From NCBI GenBank assembly GCA_963828735.1, contig CAWHFW010000005.1:576001-640000 (forward strand): 64,000 bases of DNA, written 5' to 3'. The notes under the pieces are model-generated. The model was not told the DNA's origin and searched no databases. It saw nothing but the letters and a program-made list of their open reading frames with translations. Position numbers and translations under genes: made by a program. Position 1 is the first letter of the stretch; each line of letters begins with the position of its first letter. Below, one piece after another: positions 1-12,317 of the stretch. The stretch comes from an uncultured Gemmatimonadales bacterium. Its GTDB lineage: Bacteria; Gemmatimonadota; Gemmatimonadetes; Gemmatimonadales; GWC2-71-9.

Positions 1-3000
1 GTGCGCACTCTGCGGATCGCCTTGGTTCAGGGCGACGCTACCACGGCGCGATTGCGTCAGGCGATCGGCGGACCGGGATTGCGTCGGCCGAGTCGCGCAC
101 GTGCGAAGAACGTCGTCATCGATACGGGGGTGACGCCGGGCCCCGTCGTCTTGCGGCCGCGCAGCCTGCGGCCGGGCCTGCCCGGTCTATTGGAGACCGC
201 CATCGAGCTACCCTGGCGGCTGCTCTTGAGCCCGCACAGCGCAGAACAGTGGCGTCACGCGAAAGCTCCGGTCATCTCGCCGGCCACCCATCGTACCGAA
301 CTCTGGCATTCGAGGTTGGTGGGACCGCAGAGCAATGGTCCCATCATCGAGCCGCCGCGGCTGGACGCCCAGCGCACAGTGCGTGCGGTCTGGGCGCTGA
401 CGGGGGAGGGTTCCACGCGAGCCATGGAGAGCGCGTTCCCAGCGACGCTGCCTAATCCGGCCACGAGTCCATTCCGAATGCCGCTGGATGACTTCGACCG
501 CTTCCAGTTTGTGCACCTGTCGTCGAACTTCTCCAGCCCGCAGTACACGCCGACGGCAGTGGGGGTCAACCTGCTGATGCTCTCGGCGCTCGGCGGCTGG
601 CTCGATTCGCGTAGCGAGTGGGATCCGCCGGCGGGCCTCTCAATAGAGGAGTGGGTACACCGGACAGGGATGGCACGCGACCACTCCGTGCGCGTCGTCT
701 ACAAGGGTTTTCTGTTTCCGTTCGGCCACCGGGTGGCACTGGTCAAGGTGAGCGAACGCAAGTTCCACAACGGAGCGCTCAACGCCAACGGGCAGCCGAC
801 CATCGAGCAAAAGGTTGGCAACACGGCGTACCTCCGGCAGCGTTTGTTCATCATCATACGCGAGCCCGAACGGCTCTTCGCCGATACGACGCTGACCAAC
901 AAGACGGGCGCGGTTTTCTATCACCGGCAGCTACCTTTCTCCAGCATCCGCCTCCTCAACAAGGTTACGCCTAACCTGGACCGGCCGGACATCGCCCCCA
1001 GCCAGGTGCGGACCTCGGCCAGACCATGTTCTGGCCCTACGTGAACGGACAGCCGTTCCGCTTCCAGTGCGCCGCCACCGACCTGGACGGCCGCACACTG
1101 CGGTTCGACCTCCCGATGATTTTCATGGACAACACGCTGGTGAATCCCGGCCCCCTTACCACCGCGCCGAACTACGCTGAGGCGGAGGTGAATGCGCAGA
1201 CCGCCCGGACGGACTGGTGCTCCCCCGCGCGCGGCGGACTACGCGTCGCCAAGTTCATGCAGCAGAGCGTAGCGCTGGCGCAGAGCGTCAAGGCTGGCGA
1301 TACCACGGTGCAGGCTAACGAGGTCAGCTTCGACGCCGAAGTTGATCCCGGCAACGAGAAGCTGCGGACCTACAGTGCCAAGCTCTCACGTCCCGTGTTC
1401 TATCCGAAGGTCGACGAGGCCTACGTCCGGCTCGCCGCGCTCGCCCAGCTCACCGGGAGCGCGAAGAACAACAAAGTGGTATGGAACGCCCATTACCTGC
1501 AGTACGGCTTCGCTGCCAGCAACCAGGGCCAGGTATTTGCAGAGGTAGTCGCAGAGCCTGGCATGGCGAAGCTCGACTTTTCCACCCAGGGCGACCGCTC
1601 CGGCGGATTTGTTCAGCCTAACCTGACGCCGAGCGCCATCTCGAGGCTGACCGGCCCGGTCGCCGGCAAGGTTAGTGACTTTATCACCGGCAACTTTAAG
1701 GGTGTCGACGCGTTCCCGGCTACCATCTCCGACCTGCCGCTGCCGCTGCTGTTCGGCTGCATTCCGCTAGGCGAAGTCCTCGAAGCGGTGAGCAATTTCG
1801 GGAGTAAACCTGAGCAGGTGCCCAGGTTTGCTTCCGAGGCCAGCACCCAGGTCGAAGACTTCATCAATGGCCTCGGGCGGCTATTCGATCTCGTCTCCAA
1901 GTTGTCCGACCAGCCGGGGCGTATCGCCGACGCGGCCATCGTGGCGGCCAAAAGCACACTGCAGGACCTGATCGCCCAAGCGCAGGCCTACGCTGCACCC
2001 TTGGTGGCTGATGCCCAGACTCGCATCAACCAGCTCGTCACAGCGCTTAACGCCCTGGCAACCCAGGTGCAGTTGCTCATCGACACGACAATCGAGAGCG
2101 CGCCGGCATTGCCCGGCCTTCCCGGCGCCATCAACGGTGTAAAGATGGCGGTCACCAATTTGCGCAGTGCTGCCAATGCTCAGGTGGGCGGCGTGTCACT
2201 GCCCTCGGGCTACGGCGCTCCCTCCCTGCAGCCGCCGACCGTCTCGAGGCCTTCGCCAGTGACGTTGCGACAGTCACGACGCTGCTGACCCAGGGGAAGG
2301 CACTCTACGCTGCGCTCGACGCCATCGTCGGCCATCCCGACCAGATCGGCACGTGCTTTCGGACCCGGCGCCGCTCAAGACCAGGCTGCAGGCGGTGGAG
2401 GTCGCGATCACGCCGATGCCTGCCACGCTGATGAGCTTCCGCCTGCTGGAAGGCGCACCGCGCCAAGCAATGCTGAATGCCATCGACGTCGTGCTGCAGG
2501 TCCTGGGCGCAGTGGACGACCTGCTGAAGCTGCTGGAGATGCTTACCGGCGACGAGCTAACCATCCGCTTCGACTGGAACCCGACGATTTCCAATTGGGG
2601 CGCTGCCCGGCGGCGACCCAAACGCCGACGCGTTGTTCCGCGCCAACGACAAGCATGGCTTCCTGGTGGCGGTCGAGGCCAAGGTCAAGAAGAACGGCCC
2701 GAGCGCGCCCAAGATCAGCGTGGTCTGCGGGCTCAAGCAGTTCGACCTGGTGCTGATCGCACCCGGGAGCTTCCTCGAGCTCAATTTCGAGAAGGTCGAG
2801 TTCAGCGTGACGCGCGGCGAGGGATGCGGACGTCGACGTCCTCCTCACGGACATCAAGTTCGTCGGGCCGCTTGAGCTTCGTCGAGGCCCTGCGCGACCT
2901 GATCCCCGCTCGACGGTTTCTCCGATCCACCGTTTCTCGACATCGCGGCCCAGGGCATCGATGCCGGGTGCTTCGGGTGGCGGGCTTCCGGCGTCTCGAT

Positions 3001-3630
3001 TGGAGTCTGTCGACCTCGAGCGAACCTGAGCCTTGGGGCCGGCTTCACCGTGCCCTTCATCGGCCAGCCGCTCAGCGTGCGTTTCAACTTCTGCACCCGC
3101 GAGCAGCCGTTCATTGCCTCACCGTGGCACATCTTCGGCGGCGGCGGCTCCTTCGGCGTCACCCTCGATCCGCACGGGATCCAGATCCTGGAGGCGTCGT
3201 TCGAGTTCGGCGCCAGCATCTCGATCGACCTCGGCGTCGCCTCCGGCGGCGTCCACGTGATGGCGGGCATGTACTTCCACATGGAGAGACGGCCTGTGCA
3301 CTCACCGGCTACTTCCGCCTGGGCGGCCACGTGACGTGCTCGGCATCATCACCGCCTCGCTTCGAGCTCTATCTCGAGCTCAATTCGAGTTCCAGAGCGG
3401 CAAGTGCACCGGCAAGGCGCAGCTCACGATCGAGAAGTTTCGCTCTTCATCTTCTCGGGCAGCGTCACCGTCTCCTGCGAGCGCAAGTTCGCCGGCTCCG
3501 ATGGCGACCCCCGACGCTGCGCGAGCTTCTGGGCTTCCGCTCCGACCTGCCCCTCGCCGACAGGACTGGGCCTGATCGACGCCAACACCGCGTACGCTTG
3601 GCGGGAGCACCTTTGCGAGCGTTCGCCTGA
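1..3630 (+). CDS. Giant uncharacterised protein A, 5' end outside the window, split by several frameshifts; amphipathic helical middle and Gly/aromatic beta-rich C-terminus
   Basis: Protein-like ORF pieces join across frames: 1-1044, 1026-2288, 2353-~2600, 2633-2875, 3050-3334, 3336-~3440 and 3404-~3630. The stop TGA is at 3628-3630 (...AFA*). Confidence 0.7.
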
Positions 3631-3642
3631 GAGACCTGGGAC

Positions 3643-6600
3643 ATGGCCCAAGAAGAATCCTCTGGACCGTGCTGCCCCTCGGACGGGTGCCCGGCGGACC
3701 TTCGCCGGACGCTTGCGGGTGAGCATCGTGGTGTCGCCGCGGCTCACCCCCAAGGCCCGCCGACGAGCAGATGCTGAAAGCCTTCCCTGAGGTTCTCGAC
3801 TGGCCGCACACGCTGCGCAATGTCGAGCTCCGGCTGCGCGTGGGCCACGGCTCGCGTAAGGCTGGAACGCGGTCGGCGTCTCAGCGCCGCGCCTGTCGGG
3901 AGCGGCTGTTCGGGCCGACGACGCCGGTGGCCGGGTTCGTGTTCGGCGGACATCGAGCAAGGCCAACCTGCGATCCGTACGCCGTGCGCAACGTGCTGGG
4001 CCTCGTGCGCCAGCACTCCGGCACACTCGCCGTCCAGGCCGCCTGCGCCCATCCTACCCTGCTGCCCTGGCGCGATGCGCATCCCCATCCTCAAGGACAT
4101 GCTGGGCGCGCTTGGAACGCGTACGGTCCCGGCGATCAGTGATGACGGCGTCGGATCGACGTGCCGCTGCCCGGCTTCGATCGCTTCTTCGACGAGCCGG
4201 CGGTGCGAGTCTCGAGCGCCAAGCTGGAAATGGTCTTCGGCCCGGACAGCATCTATGCCGGTGCGGCGGTCGGGATCGGCTCTGATCCCACGGCAATCCG
4301 CAGCCGGGCGGTAGCTCTAGCGCTCCGCGTGCTGCCCCCCGACTGGCACGACCCGGCGAATGGCGGACCCGACGTAGTGATGACGCAGTTCTCGTCCGCC
4401 GATGAGTATACGTTCTATCAGGCCAACCGCTTTTACCGCCGCGAGCCGCCGAGCGACGCCGAGCGCGAGATGCGCCGCCGGACCTGAACAGATTCCGCCA
4501 CCGCCCAAGCCGCCGGAATACGACTTCCATCGCATGGTCGCGTCCTATGCCGACTACCCGAGCTACTGCGGGCGCTCGGCCTGGTGATCGACTGCGCGCT
4601 GAAGAACGACTCGCCCATCGACCCGCACTCGCCGCAGCGGCACCACCAAGAGCCTGATGTCGCGTCGAGTCAGAGTGGTCGAACCACCACAACGCCGCTG
4701 ACGACCGCCGCGCCCTGACCGCCTGGCGGGCCGACAAGGAGCGCTTCACGACGCGCGCGCGCCGGGCGATCTCCACCGCGGCCTGCTCGACTCGGGCATT
4801 CCGACGACAGCTGGGGACTCTCAACCGGGAGCCAGGCCTGTTCGATGTCTACCAGGTCGATCCCGACGGCACGGCGCTCAAGACGGTCTTTCCCGCTCAG
4901 CGCACAGAACCTGGTGGCGAGGAGCTTGAAGCCGGCCGCCGATGGCGAGGTCACCTACACCACCGGCGACAAGCAACCGGTGGCGGCGCTGCGGTCGGGC
5001 GGGCTCGGCGTATCCCGGCATGGCCGCGCCGCCCAGGTGGCGCAGGATGCCGCCGCGGCCGACCTCAAGGACCAGGCGGTCGAGGCCGGCAACGGCGCCA
5101 AGGTGGTGTTCTTTGCCGAAGACGTGCTGCGCGGCTACCGCGTCGACGTGGCAGCTGCCCGACGCGGTCAAGGGGCAAGGTGGCACACCCTGTGCGCGCG
5201 ACGGCACCTATCGCCTGATCGAGACCGAGCGAGACCATCCCTTGCCGGCGGACGAAGGCTACGTGTCGGGCGCCTCGACCACCAGCACGCGCCAGTCCCG
5301 GCGTCAATCCCGACGACCACTACCTGCACGAATCGATGTTCCGCTGGACCGGCTGGAGCTTGTGCACGCCGCGGCCGGGACTGACCCTGCAGGCCAAGCC
5401 GGTGCCCGGCACGCAGCTGCAGAGCGAAGAGCCCGACGCAGGTTACGGACCAGGCGACGCAGGGGCAGCGGCGTGGCCGCCATCTTCAAGGCGCGAGAAG
5501 GGGACGCTGCCGCGGCTGCGCTTCGGCCAGCTCTACCGCTTCCGCGCCCGCGTCGTGGACCTCGCCGGCAATAGCCTTGCCCGCGACGACAAGACGCTCG
5601 GCGACCTGGAGAATGCCAGCGACGCCACCGGCTACTGGCGCTTCGAGCCGGTCGATCCGCCGGCCATGGTGCAGCGCGCGCGCCTGAGCGAGGGCGAAGC
5701 GCTGGAGCGCATGGTGATCCGCAGCAACTACAACGCCACCACCACGACCTATCTCACTACCGCCGACTTCGCTGCGGCAATCGCCCTGCCGGAATCAGAA
5801 GGATTACGTATACCTGCGCTCAATGAACGCCATCTGGTGCCGCCGAAGTCCTCGCAACTGCAATGCGAGCAGCACGGCCTGTTCGATCCGTTCTTCACTG
5901 ACCCGACGAGGATCAAGGACGGTTACGCAATCGCCAGCCGGGAAGCCGGCACCCTCTACGATCTGGCCACCGGGATCGACTGGTCACACCGGCCTCGCTG
6001 AAGAGGGTGGCGACCACGACGTCCGTGCCGCCGGCGCTGCCCTCGCCGGACAATCCCGTCGGCGATCGCCTGAGCGGCGGCCAGTACGTCATTCACCGCG
6101 AAGCAACGATGACGACGCCTTACCTGCCCGATGCTGCGGCCGGCGGCGTGGCGCTGCGTGGGCTGCCTGGGCATAGCCTGCCGGGCGTCACGGGCCCCAT
6201 GGTGCTCGGACCGAGCGCGGCGGTGGTGCGGGCGAAGAACGAGGACTTGGTGCTGCTTGTAGCCCACGCTGGAGACTGGCCCGATTCCCAAGGCTTTCGC
6301 CTCGTGCTGGCGGAGCGCAAGGCGCAGCTTTCGGACCCCCCCTGCGCTCGATTTTTGCCGACGAAGGCGCGCCAGAGTGGAAAGAGGACACTCGCGAGCT
6401 CAAGCTGTTCATTCCCAAGGGCCGTATCGTGCGCCTGCGCTACTCAAGCTTCGTGCATAGGGATTTCCTCGGACCACTGCCGGCTTGCTCGATTGGGTGG
6501 ACTCCTCCGGAGAGCGGGACTTCGTACGTGGCATGGCCCAAGCGGGTTGCGGCTATATGATCACACCATATCGCGCTCTGACGATGGTTCATGCGACCCA

Positions 6601-8259
6601 GCAGCCGGTGTGCCAGCCGACATTCCTCGGATTGCAGGCCAATCGTGCCCTGGGGGATCAGCACGCCACGCTAGTGAGCCGAATCCGCTTGCACGGCCCG
6701 AGCACCGGCAAGTTCGAGATCGAGGCGGAATGGGACGAGTGGGTGGATGACCTGGACAAGACGGAACCCCGGCTCATCACCTCCCGCGGTGCGCTGGGCG
6801 AACTGCTACTAGCTGAGAACCACGAAGACGTGTTCAGCTTAGATGAGGCGGTTGATGCCCAGATGCATGACCCGAAGCGACCGCGGGCTCGCGGGGACCG
6901 CCACGAGTTCGGCGACACGAGGTTCCGCCTGATTCGCTACACCCTGCGCGCGACGACACGCTTTCGCGAGTACCTGCCCGAAGCACTGTACACGGTGCGC
7001 GACCAGGTCACGCGCGTCGGTCCCATCGCCTACGGACCAGCGATGAGCGTGGCCGATGACGCCGGGGCACCGGTGCTGAAAGTCGGTGCCGGGGCCCGGC
7101 CCAGAACACCATAGTCCCGGCTAGCGCGCCCCCTGACGAGCCGCGCCCGCTGTACACAGTGCCGACCTTCCGCTGGCGCGAAACGCCCAGCGGGGACGCG
7201 CTCGACAGCACGCGCGAGGGTAATGGCCTGCGCGTGTGGTTGGAGCGACCGTGGTTTTCCTCAGGCACCGGCGAACTGCTTGGGGTCGTGATCCTGGGCG
7301 ACAACAGGCCGTTCACTGAGATCAACAACAAGCTCGTGCCACTGGTGACGCAATGGGGCCTCGACCCCTTGTGGGACACCGCGCTGCCGAAGCATCGCAC
7401 GCGGGTGAGCGATTTCCCGACGCACGTGGCGGCCGAGCTGGTCCATCTGCGGGAACTCGAGGCCGAGCAAGTGCACGTGGTCGGGCACCGGGTGCATTGG
7501 GATTCCGTGCGCGGCCTGTGGTACTGCGACATTGAGCTCGACCCTGGGCACAGCTATATGCCCTTCGTGCGGCTCGCGCTGGTTCGCTATCAACCTAATG
7601 CCCTGGCGTCAGCGAAGATCTCGAATGTGGTGCTGGCCGACTTTGCGCAGGTGCTGCCGCGGCGCCGCGCATCGTTTCGCCGGCACGGGACGCCGCTGGA
7701 GTTCGGCCTTTACGGCATTGTGCCGGATCGCGGACCAATGGCGTTCCCACTGGACTCGGTGTACCAGGACATCTCCTTCAGTGCAGGGATGGGTCAGGCC
7801 GTCGAGACGGGGCGTAACAAGGTCGAGCTAGTGCTACAGGCGCAGGAACCTGCACTCGACAGCGACCTGGCGTGGAGCGATGTGAGGGTGCTTAGCTCAA
7901 ACTTGGTGGGCCCGGTAGCCGGAGGCATCATCGGTGGTGCGGCCACCACTGGCGATCACCTGAAACGGCGCATCGACTTGGGGACGGCCGTCGACCTCGG
8001 CAGCATAAGTGCGCTCGATGCGACGACTGCGGTGGGTGTGGGGGGCCAGGAAGAGGTCATCGCCGACCCAATCGAATCAGCGCTTTTTCAGAGCAGCGTG
8101 ACCCTTCCGGACACCGGCGGGAAGCCCGCTCGCGTGGTGGCGCGCGAGTACGAGCGTTACTACACAGACCGCACGGTCCCCGAAGACCGCGCCGGGGCAA
8201 CGCGCCGCAGGCGCGTCGTGGAGGAACGACTGGTCTACACGGCGTTCTTCGGCCTCTGA
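3643..8259 (+). CDS. Giant uncharacterised protein B (~1,500 codons), frameshifted, probably co-transcribed with A
   Basis: ATG at 3643, 12 nt after A's stop. Pieces at 3771, 4161, 4845, 5336, 6007, 6485 and 7159-8259 carry conserved-looking motifs (LPRLRFGQLYRFRARVVDLAGNS, LRVWLERPWFSSG, WYCDIEL, PFVRLALVRYQP, RLVYTAFF). Confidence 0.7.
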
Positions 8260-8780
8260 CACCGCCAACGCTGCGGCCGGCCGGCGCGGGGCAGGTTGGC
8301 GATCGCGAGCGGCGCTGTCTGAGCGGTAGGCGGGCAGCGGCCCCTCGGAACTTCGCATACCGTCGATCCGAAGCTCTCCTAGGCGAGGAAGGTCGGCAGT
8401 ATACCACATGCCACCAACCCTATGCCCGGGGGTCAACGTTCGCACTGGAGTTGGGGCCTACCATGAATCGAGGCACGCACGAACACTTCTGTGTACGCTA
8501 GCGCACCAATCTTGCCCGCTCCCATCCTGCCAATACCGGACAATTTGTCTTGACGCCTCAGGTACCGCCCCCTACCCTAGCGCACACCTGAACAAGGGTA
8601 CACCCGGCGAATGCCGCGGCTGTGAAGCTGCGGGGTCTCGTCGGGGTTCAGAAAGCTCCGTCATCACTCCGGCATGTAGGGGGCTGCACCCGGCAGCCTC
8701 CTACTCGGCCCCACACTTCAACAGCAGGCCATTCGGCAGCTTGCGGTCATACTGCACATCGACGAGAAGGCGAGGACAGG

Positions 8781-10444
8781 ATGGGCATCTGGCTTCTTGA
8801 CTACACAACTGCGGGCCTGCCAAACGGCGGCAGCACGAAGTACTTCAGGTTTTGGTACGACAAGAGTCTCAGCGTCCCGGCGGGGCTAGAACTCACCAAG
8901 GAGATCATGAGCTCTTGCGACTCGGACTTCCTCCTCATGTCTTCGTGGTTTCCAGGAGTCTCAATACCTTATCCAATAAATGTCTTCGTTACTCCAGAGA
9001 CCGGGGGCGCTCGTTGGCTCGGGTTTGGGTTTATCACCCCACTTCAGGTGTTCGTTGGCATGGGAGAACAAGCATTAATACCCCGACCGTTGTTCGCCAG
9101 ATATTTACTCGTCTGTGAAGTCACGGAAATGTTTATGCGTGAGAACTTCATGCGAGGCTGGTTCTCAAGCTTCAGCGAAGGCAGCAAGGGCGAAGCGCTG
9201 GGGCGGGTTTCTTGGAGCCACGTTCTTGAAGCTGCAGGGCCACTGCTATGTTCCGGAAAAGTTTCGCGCAGCGGCGAAGTGGCTAACCAGTGCCCGTGAC
9301 AAAAATCATATCGATAATCCCACGGATGACATCCAACCCAACGAGATCGTAGGCTGCGGAACCCTCTTCCTGTTTTACTTTGCATGACCCCCACTCGGCT
9401 TTAGCGTCAACAAGATCATCGCCAATGGTGGCCTCACGCTTGGGACGGTCTACCGTAACTTGACAGGGCGCACGGATGGCTGGACATCCTTCCGCGACCT
9501 CGTCAATCAGTACTATCCACCCGGCCCTGACTACGACCCCATTTGTGAGACCCTCTACTTGCAGTATCTGACCTGACTGCGGCACCGGCACAAAGGGAGA
9601 CTCACTGGGTAACCAACTGCGAGTTCAATCGAGTGTTCCTGACTCTACTGCCTGCACTCCAGGTCGACGTCACTGTAACGCTCGCGAGTCTTAACCAGGG
9701 CGTAATTACGGTCCCTGCAACGGTTGTGATTCCTCGGAACCAAACCTCGGTCTGGTTCGACTTCACCGTGCTGCCGCAGGCAGCAAGATTCACCAGTCGG
9801 GATGTGGAACTGACCGCCCGGTGGGCCGAGAAAGTCATTGCTTGGAAGATCACAGTCGTACGGCCGGAAGCCCTCAGGGTAAGCCCACTCCTGATTGCGC
9901 CGAAGCCACCCGAAAACCCCTGTACTCAGATCCTAATCGAGGGCAGCGAGCAGGAATTCATTATTGCCAACCTCGATGTCATTTGCCGCCACAACAACCT
10001 CGTATATGAGTGGTCAGTAGACGGGGCGGTGCCAGTTGCAACCGACCGACCAGTGTTGACCATCGCAAGCCTGCCGCGTGCAGGATCAGAGGTCACCATC
10101 AAGGTCACTGTAAGCAATGCGGACAAAATCCACTCATCAGGAGGCTTCACATTCACCACGAGTGGCAAAGAGACGGGGTTGGACTCGCTGGAGCGCTACG
10201 GTTGAATGCTATCTGTAGAAGATTTAAGAACATGAATGCTAGCGTCGCTCCGTGGGTCCCTGTTCAAAGAGCAGAACGCGAGCACTACAACCAGCAGCTT
10301 GAAACGATTGAAAGCCAAGCACGTCAAGTGATCCGTGCCGCTGAAGACGTGATCGGATCTATCGATAATGTAGGAGGTTGGCAATTCGACGGGCTGATGG
10401 CTAGCGGACCCATGTTAAGGTGCTTTGTGGCCGGGGACGCCTAG
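8781..10444 (+). CDS. Frameshifted hypothetical protein: N-terminal globular (possibly degenerate zincin-like) domain, Ig-like beta domains, short C-terminal helical tail
   Basis: ATG at 8781 follows GAGGA. Segments: YLLVCEVTEMFM...GW...EGSKGEAL; GCGTLFLFY; LGFSVNKIIANGG; 9633-10205 (beta-rich); tail in the 10010-10444 frame. Confidence 0.55.
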
Positions 10445-10682
10445 CGCGCAAGGCCGCGGCGCGGCGCGACCCTTGTGGCCATGTTTGGCGCGGGGTTCGG
10501 GCAGCGCCCCTGACACGGACTTGGAGTGAGCTCAAGCTCGCCTGGAGTTCAGCTTTACGGGAGGGAGTGGTCGGCGCGTCTGCTGTAGCGGGACGCGGAG
10601 GCATGGCGGATTAGACCGCGTGGAACTAGCGTGTACGGGGATACGGGACCTGGCTCGTCTTGGAAGTGCAGATCCAATACAA

Positions 10683-10693
10683 GTTAGGCAGCG
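10683..10693 (+). other. Integron recombination core site (GTTAGGC) at the start of cassette 1; attI-like or remnant attC
   Basis: GTTAGGCAGCG is the exact reverse complement of CGCTGCCTAAC at 11279-11289, which is the signature of a circularisable cassette. Confidence 0.7.
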
Positions 10694-10708
10694 AGGACAA
10701 GACAGACT

Positions 10709-11275
10709 ATGGCGCTCCGCAAATTGCCGTTCAATACCGCGGCCCCTGCCGTACGGCGATTTCTGTCAAGTCCCGAAGACGACGAAACGATTGATCTCAT
10801 TCGTCGACTTCGCTCGGCGCGGAAGCGCGGCTACTTGCGACCATCCGATCTGGAAGCGATCTGCTATTGGAAATCGCCTCGAGCAATCCAGCTGATCCGA
10901 AGCAATCCTCCTTCGGCGATTCGCTCTGCAACTCGAGCTGCGCTGGCGACTCGGAGTGAGCGGCAACGGCTGGAGCACTTGCGCGGTTTGCGCGGCGTTT
11001 CAGTGCCGATGGCTTCCTCCATTCTCATGTTCGTTGATCCGAAGCGTTATGGCGTAATCGACATCCGTGTCTGGGGCTTACTTCACAAGCTCGGCACGGT
11101 TTCAAAGAATTCTTCCGGTGTCGGATTCACCTTTCGAAATTGGTACCAATTCCTGATGATTATTCGGTATTTCGCGAGAAAATTCCGTTGCAATGCGAGG
11201 GATGTCGAGAGAGCTCTATTCGTCGCGCACAAGGAGTATCAAAAGGGCACGTTGTACAACTGGAAGTCGGGCTGA
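10709..11275 (+). CDS. Cassette gene, helix-hairpin-helix DNA glycosylase-like fold protein
   Basis: HhH-like LRGLRGVSVPMASSIL is followed by a candidate catalytic Asp in YGVIDIRV. RBS GAGGA upstream. Confidence 0.6.
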   Translation: MALRKLPFNTAAPAVRRFLSSPEDDETIDLIRRLRSARKRGYLRPSDLEAICYWKSPRAIQLIRSNPPSAIRSATRAALATRSERQRLEHLRGLRGVSVPMASSILMFVDPKRYGVIDIRVWGLLHKLGTVSKNSSGVGFTFRNWYQFLMIIRYFARKFRCNARDVERALFVAHKEYQKGTLYNWKSG

Positions 11276-11282
11276 CGCCGCT

Positions 11283-11378
11283 GCCTAACACGCGCTTGCA
11301 GCCGGTGAAGGCGCGGCGCAGGCCTGCAACGAAGCGAGGTCCAGGGGCGCCTTCGCGGCTGAAGCGCAGGCGCTAGGC
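11283..11378 (+). other. Integron attC site
   Basis: R'' is GCCTAAC (11283-11289). L'' GCGCTTgCAGCCG pairs with L' CGGCTGAAGCGC, leaving an extrahelical G. The inner stem is GAAGGCGC/GCGCCTTC. R' is GCTAGGC (11372-11378, GTT>GCT variant). Confidence 0.85.
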
Positions 11379-11393
11379 AGACAACGGAGTGCG

Positions 11394-11972
11394 ATGGTCA
11401 ATCTCGCCAACTATTACGACGAGTGGAGGACAAGCCAGCACGGATGCCGTCGGTGCGACTGGGTTGGTCCGGGCACAGCCTTGGTGATCGGTGAGGTCTT
11501 TGCCGAACTGACTGAATTCGACTGTCCCAGTTGCGGCGAAAAACTCCTGCTCGTCGGGCACCCAAGTACTCAGGAATCGCGCGACAATTGGGAGAAGTTG
11601 GATGATGGTGAACGGCGGCATGTCGAAGCCATCGAACGATTCCGCGACCAGTTCCAACATGAGAAGTTGAGGTCCGCCGACGATTTGCCGGATGTGTCGG
11701 CCGACCAGTTCGCAGTCATTTGGGATTTTGTGAACGATGACCCCTCCAACTCGCGGACCGTAATGAAAGTGGGTGATCGCGTTCTCTTCAGCGAGCCGGC
11801 CGTGTACGAGGGCTACGAGCGTTTCGCGGAAGTGGCGCGGATTCTAAAGGCGAAATACGGTTCGCACGTCAAGGATCTCATTCCGACCGAACGAAGCCGC
11901 TTGTACTTGTATGGAGACCGGCTCAGCGCTCTGGAATTCATTGACAGAGTCCGTCGGGAGTTATCTTCATGA
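11394..11972 (+). CDS. Cassette gene, hypothetical protein with N-terminal zinc ribbon
   Basis: CRRC and CPSC motifs; GGAG RBS immediately after the attC R'. Confidence 0.75.
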   Translation: MVNLANYYDEWRTSQHGCRRCDWVGPGTALVIGEVFAELTEFDCPSCGEKLLLVGHPSTQESRDNWEKLDDGERRHVEAIERFRDQFQHEKLRSADDLPDVSADQFAVIWDFVNDDPSNSRTVMKVGDRVLFSEPAVYEGYERFAEVARILKAKYGSHVKDLIPTERSRLYLYGDRLSALEFIDRVRRELSS

Positions 11973-12317
11973 ACGCTTCTTGCTGTCTCTACCTGACGAT
12001 GAGCTTACGGTGACTCTTCCTCATGCTACTTACGAGCGTCAGCGGACGCCCTGTCGCATTTACACAAAATCAGCGCTATGTGCCTTTAAGTCGTCTTCAA
12101 GGGGCCAAGTATACATCTGATCTCGTCGCCCCTGAAACAATTGCAACGCTGGAGTCGTGACCAGCACCTGTGTATCAGGCTTCAAGCGCGTCCCAGCCCG
12201 ACCCCTGCTTGTTCGGTTGACCTGAGCGCGTTGGCCATCGTATGACGCTCCTAGGCAGCTACGAATGCAGTCCATTGGGCCGCAGGTTCAAATCGCCCAG
12301 TCCAGGATCACATCCCC

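Noticed and set aside
10470..10515. HVWRGVRAAPLT, resembling the IntI C-terminus (HV...RGVRSPLD), upstream of the cassette core site
   Set aside because: Too short and degenerate; no other IntI motif nearby.
12275..12300. GGTTCAAATC tRNA T-loop-like motif as a possible att copy
   Set aside because: No T-stem pairing and no match to the tRNA-Ile 3' end.
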